Part shown: positions 25,401 through 35,937 of the stretch, in pieces
How the letters are laid out: every line of letters begins with the position of its first letter
How positions within the stretch are numbered: the stretch's first letter is position 1
Origin: Guillardia theta CCMP2712
Lineage: Eukaryota; Protista; Cryptophyta
Direction: 5' to 3'
Assembly: GCF_000315625.1 (NCBI RefSeq)
Contig: NW_005434557.1
Span: 50,938-114,937, forward strand
DNA length: 64,000 bases
Program-made: the position numbers and the translations under genes
Notes under the pieces: model-generated
What the model was told of the DNA's origin: nothing
Seen by the model: only the letters and a program-made list of their open reading frames with translations
The model's database searches: none

Positions 25401-27732
25401 CCGGCGAGTTGGAGCGCATCTGTAGGGGCGGCGGGTGATACCTGCTCCTCCAGGCATGGTGGAACCAAGTCAGCTGCCTGGATCTCACCACAGGGAGATG
25501 GACTGAGTGTCCGTCTATGAACAGAAAGGTGCTGTTAGCAGCATGCTCCTGACGTGCATGACGAGCAAGGCAGCGCTGCTACTTCCAGGCAGTGTCTGTG
25601 CATGGCAGGATCTACGCCATTGGGGGTTGGAGCACCGAGTCGGAGGTGCTGGACACGAATCTAGTGAGTGACGATGTGAAGGAGGGGAGGAGGGGGTGAC
25701 GAGGGGCAGGGGATTCCGGGACTGAAGTGGGACTTGCGCCACCATATCACCAACACCGTCGAGTCGTTCGATCCACGGCATCTCCAGCTGCTCTCCCTGT
25801 TCAGTCGGTGATGGTGATGCAGAGAAGGGAAGTGGCGAATGGAACCCTCGATGTGTGCTCCGCTACAGGCCGGGGTCAGCAACGTCTCTCAGCTTCAACA
25901 TCCCAAGAAGGTTCTTTGCTCCCTTCAAGCTCCTCCTTGATCACGTTGGCCCAGGTGCAGGATGGTAGCCGATGCTCGTTCGGGGCAGTCGGAGTTGGGC
26001 CGAAAGTCTATGTGGTTGGAGGATACGACGGGTGAGCACGTGGCTGAGCAGACGACCAAACTCAACTCTTGTCAGGAACCACGTAATCGGGTCTGTTGAG
26101 TCGTTGGACGTCCGTGCAGGCCGCTGGGTCGAGGAGGCAGGCCGCTCGCTGCTCCTGACAGCAAGTGAGAAATCTGCAGGCGAGCTTGCAGACTCCGAGG
26201 ATGTGCCTGGCGGTATCAGCGCTCAACTCAAAAGTTAGTCATGCCTTACGCTTGTTTCTCTTGTTTCACCTGCTCGCTCCTGCCTTGCTCTCTTCTACTT
26301 CGCCCTCTTCTACTTCGCTCTCTTCTACTTCGCTCTCTTCTACTTTGCTCTCTTCTACTTTGCTCTCTTCTACTTCGCTCTCTTCTACTTCGCTCTCTTC
26401 TACTTTGCTCTCTTCTGCGCTCTCTTGAAAACTCTCTACTTCAGTTGATTGCGGCGGGAGGATGGGACGGCACGCGAGACCTCAAGGTGGTTGAGACTTA
26501 TGACGGGAGCAGGCGAGAGACGCGAGAGATGGAGCTCGAGCCTCGCTGACGTCATCGGCAGGTGGGACGTCGCGCCTTCTCTCCTTGTCCCTCGCTCCAA
26601 CTTCGCAATTGTGACGTGCGACTCGAGCCTCGATGTGCACGGGGACGTGGACTATGTGAGATGAAACAACCTCGCGCTCTATCAGAAGGACCATCTTCAC
26701 TTACAGCAGCAGTCGCCTCGTAGCTCCTACTCGCCTCGTAGTTCGTACCCGCCTCGTAGCTCGTACCCGCCTCGTAGCTCGTACTCGCCTCGTAGCTCCT
26801 ACTCGCCTCGTAGCTCCTACTCGCCTCGTAGCTCCTACTCGCCTCGTAGCTCCTACTCGCCTCGTAGCTCCTACTCGCCTCGTAGTTCGTACTCGCCTCG
26901 TAGCTCCTACTCGCCTCGTAGCTCCTACTCGCCTCGTAGCTCCTACTCGCCTCGTAGCTCCTACTCGCCTCGTAGCTCCTACTCGCCTCGTAGCTCCTAC
27001 TCGCCTCGTAGCTCCTACTCGCCTCGTAGCTCCTACTCGCCTCGTAGCTCCTACTCGCCTCGTAGCTCCTACTCGCCTCGTAGCTCGTACCCGCCTCGTA
27101 GCTCCTACTCGCCTCGTAGCTCCTACTCGCCTCGTAGCTCGTACCCGCCTCGTAGCTCGTACTCGCCTCGTAGCTCGTACCCGCCTCGTAGCTCCTACTC
27201 GCCTCGTAGCTCCTACTCGCCTCGTAGCTCGTACTCGCCTCGTAGCTCGTACTCGCCTCGTAGCTCGTACTCGCCTCGTAGCTCCTACTCGCCTCGTAGC
27301 TCCTACTCGCCTCGTAGCTCGTACTCGCCTCGTAGCTCGTACTCGCCTCGTAGCTCCTACTCGCCTCGTAGCTCGTACTCGCCTCGTAGCTCCTACTCGC
27401 CTCGTAGCTCGTACCCGCCTCGTAGCTCGTACTCGCCTCGTAGCTCGTACTCGCCTCGTAGCTCGTACTCGCCTCGTAGCTCCTACTCGCCTCGTAGCTC
27501 CTACTCGCCTCGTAGCTCCTACTCGCCTCGTAGCTCCTACTCGCCTCGTAGCTCCTACTCGCCTCGTAGCTCCTACTCGCCTCGTAGCTCGTACTCGCCT
27601 CGTAGCTCCTACTCGCCTCCATGTTGCTCCTCTCGCCCTTCACCTCCACGCCCTTCCTCGCTCCTACTCCTGCTGCTATTCTGCTGGGCTGACCACCCCT
27701 ACCTTAAAACGAAATCACCCTACGTATTGTAG
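22500..27732 (+). CDS. SAP domain + CCHC zinc knuckle + Kelch-repeat protein, probably with a C-terminal (YSPRSS)n tail
   Basis: SAP: MKLDELK|EELKRRGLEIKGKKQDLVDRLKEA. Zn knuckle: CSFCNKVGHSAAQC. Kelch blades: DRIYTFGG, DRIYLIGG, GRIYAIGG, KVYVVGGYDG..SVESLDVRAGRW, LIAAGGWDG..VETYD..GRWDVAPSLLVPRSNF. The gene ends at TGA 26664 unless intron 26656-26706 is spliced, in which case the stop is at 27732. That the SAP part and Kelch part are one gene is inferred. Confidence 0.7.
26713..27618. repeat. 18-bp minisatellite (TCGCCTCGTAGCTCCTAC)n, ~50 copies, three variable positions
   Basis: Direct reading. It reads YSPRSS on + (Kelch frame) or SYEASR on -. Confidence 0.97.
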
Positions 27733-27815
27733 TGTTTTCCTAGCTCTTCAGTACTATTTGATCACCCCTCACCCCCGGATTGGTACTACCCTACCCTGTT
27801 CACCAATACTTGAAC

Positions 27816-30404
27816 ATGGCAAAGCGTGGTGAACAGAGCCATGCGTGTGAGCAGGTGAGAGGGGGAGGGAGAGAGAGGAGAGGGAGGGATAAGAGAAAGG
27901 GAGGAGAGGGAGGGACGAGGACGAGGAGATAGGTTCGACGATGGATGAAGGGGGGGGGGGGGGAAGGAGGCAAGCGGGAGAGAAGAGGAGGGAACCGAGC
28001 GATGAATTCACAAATTTTGATACACTTGTTTTGCTCTTCATCAGATGCTCGGGTTTGTCACAGAGGCTTTCAAAGAAGCTTCGAATCTGCAGAAACGAAT
28101 CGAGCAGAGAAGAAGCGAACTCGACAAACACAAGTCTCAGCTCCTCCTGAGGTCGCTCAAGGAGCGGGGAATCAAGATTGAAAAAGAGACTTCTTCTGCC
28201 ATCAAGCCAAGCAACATCGTCAAGCTCAACGTGGGAGGAACGAAGATAGACGTAAAGAGAAGCACCATCACTCGCTTCTCCTCCAAACTCAAGTGGATGC
28301 TGAGGTGAACTCGTCCTCTCCTCTCCTCCAGCTGAGCCTCTACTAGCGGTCGCTGGGATCACATCTACAAGCTCGACAATGAAGGACGGATTTTCCTCGA
28401 CTATGATGCTGGCTGGTTCGACCCTATCATCAACCACCTGGTGTACCGATCCTCCTCCTCTACCCCATCATCCTCCTCCTCACCACCACCACTCCCCTTC
28501 CTCCCCCTCCCCATCCTCCTCCTCCTCATCATCATCATCAGCAGCAGCACCACCACCACCACCATCTGCATCCTTTCCTCCTGCCTTCCTGTTACTCGCG
28601 CTCACATAATGCGTAGCGGGAGCTCACAATGCAGGACCCGACCATCCCCATACGGCAGCCGAAAGCCAGTCATGGCGATCAGTTCGGATTCCGGCAGCTG
28701 CAGAAGCATCTTGGCTTGGAGAAGCTGTTCTCGAGTGAAGGCGAGGTGGAGGCGGGAGTGATGAAGCCTTGGATGCAGGCCGTCTTGGCAGGAACCATCG
28801 TGACGACATTGGAAGCAGACGGCAGAGACTGTGAGTTCCGCCTCCTCCATCGTGGAAGCCGCGATGGGTTCGAATGCTCGAAGGTGCAGAGCAAGAGCGC
28901 AGGTGTGGTCAACAGCATCACCATCGTACGTGACACGGAAGGGAACGTGTTTGGGGCCTTTGTGGACGTGGGGAGAAGCTTTCACGAGCAATACATTGAG
29001 TCCAGCAAGGCGTTTCTGTTCCACTTGTCCAGCAGAGGCTCACAAGACCCGAAGCTCTACAAGGTCTATCCCGTCAAGGCCGACCAGAAGCACACAGCGG
29101 TGCGAGGAGTCCGAGCTTGCTGTGCCGTGCTGGGAGCTGGGCCGGATCTGAGCATATCGAACGCATGCAACGCCAACAACGAGAGCTCTTGCCACCTGGG
29201 CACAACGTACGAGAACTATGGGAGCCCTCACGCTCTCACCAACGGTCGCGTCAACTTCCAGGTGGCTGAGCTGGAAGTCTGGCAAGTCAAGCTGGAGCTG
29301 GTCGGAGCCGAGGGTGTCAAAGACGCGAACCGCCGAGTGCCGACCAAGTCCGCCTCGCTCTTATCGGAGCTGACGCGAAGGGTCAAGGACATCGACAGCT
29401 GCGTGCAGGAGCTGCTGGGGGAGGGGGTGAGACTGCAGCAGGAGGAGGAGAACTTGATCGAGGACGGGAGAGATCTCGACGACGAGATGGAGTACATGGA
29501 GAAGATGGAAGAGAAGCACAAGGCACAGGAGATCATCTTCTTCAACGTCGGCGGGAGGAAGCATTACACCACCAAACAGACTCTGTCGCTCATCAAGGGT
29601 TCCAAGCTCTACATGCAGTACGCGAGTGGTCAAGTGCAGGTGCCAGAGACTGACTTGGATGACGACGGAGACATCTTCCTTGACATCAACCCCTACTGCT
29701 TCGGCAAGATCCTTTCCCAGCTGCGGCTTAGACGCCTGTACGAGGACCTGCCGGACAAGGAGCAGGACGAGATCAACATCGGCATCGTCGTGGACCCCCA
29801 GTACTTGGAGTCGTTCGATCGCATGTTGAACTTCTACCAGGTCGAGCAGTCCGACTTGGCCTGCTTCCGTTCCTCCATCTTGCCAGCTCGAGAGCGAGTA
29901 ACCAGATTGCTCCAGCTGCTCCGACCCCACATGCAGGAGATCCCTTGCCGATACGCCTCCCTCCTCTTCCGCGGCAGCCGCGATGGTTTCACGAGGGGCC
30001 AGCTGCAGACCAAGTGGAACAATACGAGCAACAAGCTGCTGTTGGTCAAGGACTCCAACAACAACATCTTCGGGGGCTTCGTCGACTCGAAGAACAACAA
30101 CGCTTCCTCTAGCAGAGCCTTCCTCTTCAGCCTCGAGCTCACTGCTGACATCCATCAAGACTCTCTCACTGTCTGCAGGCTGATCGGAGCCATTCCCGAC
30201 GGCTGCGCCTTCAACTTTAACGTGGGCGGCTGCTTCGCCTTCGGTAGTAGGCCTGACCTGTTCCTGTCCGAGAACTGCAACCAGAACCAGCAGAGCTCCT
30301 GCAACCTCGGGCAGACGTTCAACGCTCACAACAACCCTCACCTCCTCACCAGTGGCTCTCTCAACTTCACCGTGATGGAGATGGAAGCCTGGGGCCTTCA
30401 CTAG
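27816..30404 (+). CDS. KCTD-type BTB(T1)-TLDc-BTB-TLDc tandem protein
   Basis: BTB1 IVKLNVGGTKIDVKRSTI..SGRWD..LDNEGRIFLDYDAGWFDPIINHL; TLDc1 LLHRGSRDGF..NSITIVRDTEGNVFGAF..AFLFHL..LGAGPDL..FQVAELEVW; BTB2 IFFNVGGRKHYTTKQTL..DDDGDIFLDINPYCFGKILSQLR; TLDc2 LLFRGSRDGF..IFGGF..FGSRPDL..FTVMEMEAW. Start is ATG 27816 (with intron) or 28045. Confidence 0.9.
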
Positions 30405-30889
30405 GAATGAGGCGGAAACAGCCCTAAGGTATTTGAGCTCTACTGGCGTCAGCCCTGCTCTTGTCTGATCCTTGAATGTGACGTCAGTCAGAGAGAGGGT
30501 CATGAACGTTGTCGTTGATAGATCATTCTGAATGCTCCTCTTGCTTGAATTTGATCCTCACAACCATGATCTCATGCCCCCTCCCTCCCCGAGCCATTTT
30601 GTCTCTTCCCCTTGTTTGAATTCTCCGCATTTGTAGTCATTCTTGACTCTATCAGCATGTCTTCAGCTATCGCTACTCTCTCCGACGTGAGCAAAACGAC
30701 TCGACCCGGAAGGATGATGTCTCCTAGTCCGTCATCATCAAGTGAAATCGAGAGAGAGCCAAGGGAATGTCCCGCCCCCCTGACTCGAGTCTGTCTTACA
30801 CGCCCTCCTTCTACTCTCACAAACAGCTTCCGGTAGGTCTTGTTGTACATACACGAGCCCTACCGCTACTTGTGCATGCTCGCCTCCTC

Positions 30890-33800
30890 CTACTGGCATA
30901 GAGTGTTGCGGAAGTTCACGTACTCCCTGTGCAGATGCTTCTTGATCCCATGCATCTCCTCCAGCAGCACCTGCCACCGCCTCCATCATCCTCCTTATCC
31001 TCTCCCGCCCCCCTCANNNNNNNNNNNNNNNNNNNNNNNNNNNNNNNNNNNNNNNNNNNNNNNNNNNNNNNNNNNNNNNNNNNNNNNNNNNNNNNNNNNN
31101 NNNNNNNNNNNNNNNNNNNNNNNNNNNNNNNNNNNNNNNNNNNNNNNNNNNNNNNNNNNNNNNNNNNNNNNNNNNNNNNNNNNNNNNNNNNNNNNNNNNN
31201 NNNNNNNNNNNNNNNNNNNNNNNNNNNNNNNNNNNNNNNNNNNNNNNNNNNNNNNNNNNNNNNNNNNNNNNNNNNNNNNNNNNNNNNNNNNNNNNNNNNN
31301 NNNNNNNNNNNNNNNNNNNNNNNNNNNNNNNCCTGCCCTCCTCTCAGCTCTTCCTGCCCGGTCTCTCGCCTCCCTTCCCTCCTACCTCCACGCACACGCA
31401 CAGGTCCCGGTAGCCCCCGCTCAAGCTCGTGCCGCCAGACGGGTCGTACCTGCCCCACAGGCTCAGCCGCATCCCTTGGCTCGACCCGCTTGACTCCTCT
31501 ACATCCCCTCAGCTCACTCCTCGCCTCGTCTCCCTCCCCCTCGCTCCCCGCTTCCCGCTCCCCGCTCCTGCTCCTCGCTCCTCGCTCGTCTTCTTCTGGT
31601 GCACGTACCGGTTCTTGATGTTGGTGATGCTCATGTAGATCTCCCCGCCTTCCTCTCCCCCGCCCGTCTGTCGAAGGCTCGTCACTTCCTCCTCCTCGCC
31701 GTCTCGGTTCTCTCTGCCCTCCTTACCTCCACGTCCTCCGACATCACCCTCCCTCCTCCAGGCTGGTCCCACGCGCTCACCCCGTGCCCCACCACCGACT
31801 GACCCCGCAAGAAGCTCAACCACGACAGCACGTCGTCGATCGACGACACCACGACAGTACATCGCACCAGGTCGGTCAGGCACGAGGGGTCGCGCCTGTA
31901 CGACCTCACCGTCTTCTGCATCGCTCGCGCGCAAGACTTGACGTTACCATGCTCCACCCGCCCCACCCGGTTCCACCCGGACACCCACAGCTGGAAGGCG
32001 GCGCTGACCTCCTGCGCCTGGAGGAAGAGCTGCTCGAAGTCTCGGCTCGCCTGCCGGATCTTCCCGTTCCTCCTCGAGTATCGCCGGCCCCGCAGGCCGA
32101 GCGTCACCCACAAGTACCGACGCCACGTCCGGGTGTCATCGCCGATCACCTCCTCCAGCTCTTGAGCGATCGCCCGGACTCGCGCGCTGATCTCCTGCAC
32201 TACGTGCGAGCTCTCCTCGACGACGCTGGTCCAAGTGTCCTCGAAGCCTCGCATGGCTGCCTTGAGGTCCCTGAAGGTCCTGGCGTACGCCCGGTGATAC
32301 TCCACCACGATCGCCAGCTCCACCAGCCAGCAACCTACCCCGAGGCACAAGAAGCCGAAGCTTTCAAGGTCTGTTGATATGATCCCAACAAACAGGCAGA
32401 ATGCACCCTGGACAAGAAAGGCAGCCATCCAGAAGTAGTGCTGCACGAAATGCGCCAGGTACATCATGATCATAAGCAATGAAGAAGAAATAATCTTTTG
32501 ACTCGAGTTGCAGAATGGTCCTATCCCCGTCCCCTGAGTCGAGCACTGCACAAAGTCGGCTACCATGCAGGCCACGTTGGCCGTCAGCACCAGATGCCCC
32601 GTTGACAGCAGCAGCCACTTGGCTCGTAACGGTGTGCTCAGCAGCCCCAGCAGCACCCCGCTCAAGAACAACAAGCTCCACGCAAAGCTGATGATCGGAT
32701 CTGCCATGACCGATATCCTCACAGTCTTGGGCTTGACGGGCGTGCCCGAGCTCTTGTCCGGCAGCCAGACCTGGTCGGACATGATCGGGCCCAGCTGCTT
32801 GATCCCGAACACAAGGTACACCAGGCTGAGGAAGACGATGCAGCTTCTCGCCGGCAGCTTCACCAGGGCCGTCTCGAGGGAGTTGGTGGTGCGGAGGGCG
32901 AGGACCCCGTTGACGTCAGCGTCTCGGTACTGCCTGAGCCTGTCGTTGAGAGGGAGGAAGCGCTCGTCCTTCTTGTAGTCCTCCACCAGCTTCTCGAGCG
33001 TCCGGATCGAGCTCTCGTCTGAAGCATTGTATGCTGTGATGTCAAGGCAAGATTCCACTATCTGAATGCAACTTTGAGCCTGCGACAGTGCTCTCGTGAA
33101 CAGAGGAAGTTTGTCCAGGGTCTCGATGCCCCGCAGCGCGAAGTACTCGTTGAACTTGTCATACATCCCCGTCTCCTGCAGTACCTGCAGCACCTCGATC
33201 CCCCGAGGGTTGTGTTTCGAGAACTCCCACAGCTTTCGGTCGATGTGCTCCTTCACCACCCTCACCAGACAGTGTGCTATCAGCTCCCCCGCCTCCCTCG
33301 CGCTTCTCTCGACATCTCCGGTTGAGTCTACGTACATGCCAGCCACTCCCTTGCTCCCCTTCCCTCTCCTTGTCTCCTCCCCCAGCCCGACCTCTGCCCT
33401 CCTCCCCGCAGGCAGCAGCATCGCCACCGCCTCCTGCACCGAGACTCCCAGCAGGTACTCGAGTATCGCCTCTCTGTCCCTCCGGACGCCTCCTGCTTGT
33501 ATCAGCTCGCTCGCCCGCGCGCAGCTGCGTACCGACGGCTTCCTGCTGAGGCTCCCGCACGCGCTGGAGAGGGAGGTGCGTCCCTCGGACTCGTCCCGCA
33601 GGATGGGTAGCACGGCCTTGAGTCTCCCGGCGTCCTTGTTGAGCAGGTAGAGCGCTGCCAGCGCGTGCACGAGGAAGTCACTCTCACGGTCGTGCGCCTC
33701 GTCGATCGCTGCGAGCTCCTCCAGCACGCTGTGTTCCTGACCCCAGGTGATGACGGGCACGAAGACGGAGCAGTTGCACAGGTATCTGGCTCTAGTCACC

Positions 33801-34081
33801 CTTGTCTCGAGGGCAGCCAGGTAGGGCACGCAGTCCATGTCGAGGTAGGTCTTGCCGGGGTAGATCTTGTAGACGTCATTTGACCTTTTCGAGAGAGTCT
33901 CGTGCAGGACGCTGTGGAGGCGATCTTTCAGAAGGGCTGTCTCGTGATGGCGGCTGTCGAATCGCTGGTACTCAGGATGGAGCCTGTAGACAAAGATGTG
34001 CGTGTGATCGCTTTTAGTGTCATCTAGTGACCGGGCTCGTTGATTGTTCATTTCAAAGATCATGAAGGGTGTTGCTTTCAT
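30890..34081 (-). CDS. Copy A: TIR-like + SAM-like + 6TM + RelA/SpoT-like nucleotidyltransferase
   Basis: The 799-aa ORF 31682-34081 plus spliced 3' exons mirror copy B; one exon falls in the gap 31017-31331. Motifs: HIFVYRL..TYLDMDCV..CSVFVPVIT..AVLPIL (TIR-like); VLQETGMYDKFNEYFALRGIETLDKL (SAM-like); six hydrophobic helices; VKSCARAMQK, LTDLVRCTVV, IKNRY..GGYRDL, H..Y. Confidence 0.75.
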
Positions 34082-34607
34082 TCACTTGTTGTTCAGCCCA
34101 GAAACCAGCTCAAGGAACGTTGTGGGCGGACACTACATGACTCTCAAACGCTCAGAGCTACTCACCATCGTGAAGAATGTTGGTGCATGACCTACTCATG
34201 TCGTATCAGACTGTTTCAAGCCGCATGCCCTTGCATCGCGCTATCGTCTGCTACCGATCTTCCAGTTACCTTTTTACTTTTGAGCCTACCCCTCCCCTAC
34301 TCCATTACCCCCCCTTCTCATAGCAAATGAACCCGTCCGAGCTCCCACGTCATCACGCCACAAATGTACCTTTATAACCTTATAGTGATTACCCGAATCG
34401 TTGCGGATTCGAGGCTCCTTCAAAAAACAAAGCCTAGTTATACTGTTACTGGGCTGAGCGGGCCCGGGATGAGGGAGGTTACTGCGTGGCATGACCCGGC
34501 CGCCGCCTCGTTACCACTGAGTTTTCAAGTTTGATCCGATGATCCGAGTCACGCATGTCAGAGTCACCGTCACCGGGCTTTCTGACTCGGGCGCTGTGAT
34601 CCGAAGT

Positions 34608-34805
34608 AGTCTTTGATGTCTTTGATATTTTTGATATCTTTGCCATGTCTTCACAGAGTCAAGTTGATGTCTTTGATGTCTTACATTCACTCAGCGGATG
34701 TCTTTGATGTCCGATCTTTGACTCTGTGATTCAACTTGGCAAGTTGATGTCCGAAGTTTGATGTCTTTCAGTCGGATGTCTTTGATATCTTTGATGTCTT
34801 TGAAC
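34608..34805. repeat. Degenerate 9-bp repeat (TTTGATGTC)n in the divergent spacer
   Basis: CTTTGATGTC/TTTGATATC units are repeated many times with interruptions. Confidence 0.8.
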
Positions 34806-35937
34806 TTAGTATCCGAAGTTTGCCAGTGATGTTACGGAGTACGGGTTTTGATATCCGTTTGATGAGTCAGTACTTTGAGATGTCGGAGTCACCGTGCCAC
34901 TGCGACTCGGCGGGCCTCCGGCAGAGCTCGGAGGCAGCCCGGCACCGGGCACCTGCTACCCTGAGGCTGCCATCTGGCACTGACATGAGTCTCACTGAGG
35001 CCGGGCCGATCTGACGGTCCGATCGGCAGTGAGCCGCTGCCGCAGTGCCACGGACAGTGTCAGGGTCAAGCCCGGCCTCCTCGACTCTCCTGATTGTCCT
35101 CGTACTGCTTTTTAACTTAACTTTGAGTAAAGCCACGGACTGACAGCACTAGCTGGATGTCTTGATGAGTCACGTGTAGTAGATGTTTTATATCTTCATC
35201 AGCGACCGTTCGGAGTTCAGAAGCCAACCAAGGGAAAGAGTTTTAGATGGGGTTGGGGTGGGTTAAAACTTGATCAGGATGGGTGAAAATTCACTTAGAC
35301 GATATGGTGGGAGGAGACAGGGGGGTGGGACAATTGAGTGTATTTTTAAAAATATCAAAAGACGTGTTTTGGAGTGAGAATTGATGTAGGTGCAACTCGC
35401 GAAGAGTGTGTAGGTATTTCCAGTCATTCAAGGGGGTAGTCTGGCAGAGGGGGGGTGCTCCTCCTCACAAGGCGGAAAAATGCTCAGTGCGGGGGAACGA
35501 AAGGAGGAAAAGAAAGAGAGAAGGAAGTGAAGGAGAGCGAAGAAAGAGACAGCAGAAGGAGAGAGAACAAACAATCATATCTGCAGTGACTGACAGGCAA
35601 TGGATGGTTGGGAGCTATGCCGGAAGATTGAAATGTTGAATCGAGCGATTCAATCGAAAGCAAACTTTGCCTATCGGCAACACGGGTGAAAGAGATTGAG
35701 CGTGTGAGCGAAAAAGTGCACGAGATTTAGGTTGAACTCGACTCAGAAACTATCATGCAATCCTAGCATCAATTTCGATGGACTGACGAAATGACGATTT
35801 GCTCAAGAGTGTATTTGAAAGGTTTTCAGAACTGATTGTGTAAAATTTGCAGATTCGCATATGCTGCCGGCTGATATGTATCGGGAACGTGGTGATTTTG
35901 TAAAATGGTATCCATGACACGTTAGAAACAGCAGATC

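Noticed and set aside
26713-27618. CRISPR-like array (also considered for 43342-43557)
   Set aside because: Head-to-tail repeats with no unique spacers, no cas genes, eukaryotic context.
26552-27649. 365-aa (SYEASR)n ORF on the - strand
   Set aside because: All repeat variants are non-synonymous in this frame, it overlaps the Kelch 3' exon antisense, and the + frame explains the variation better.
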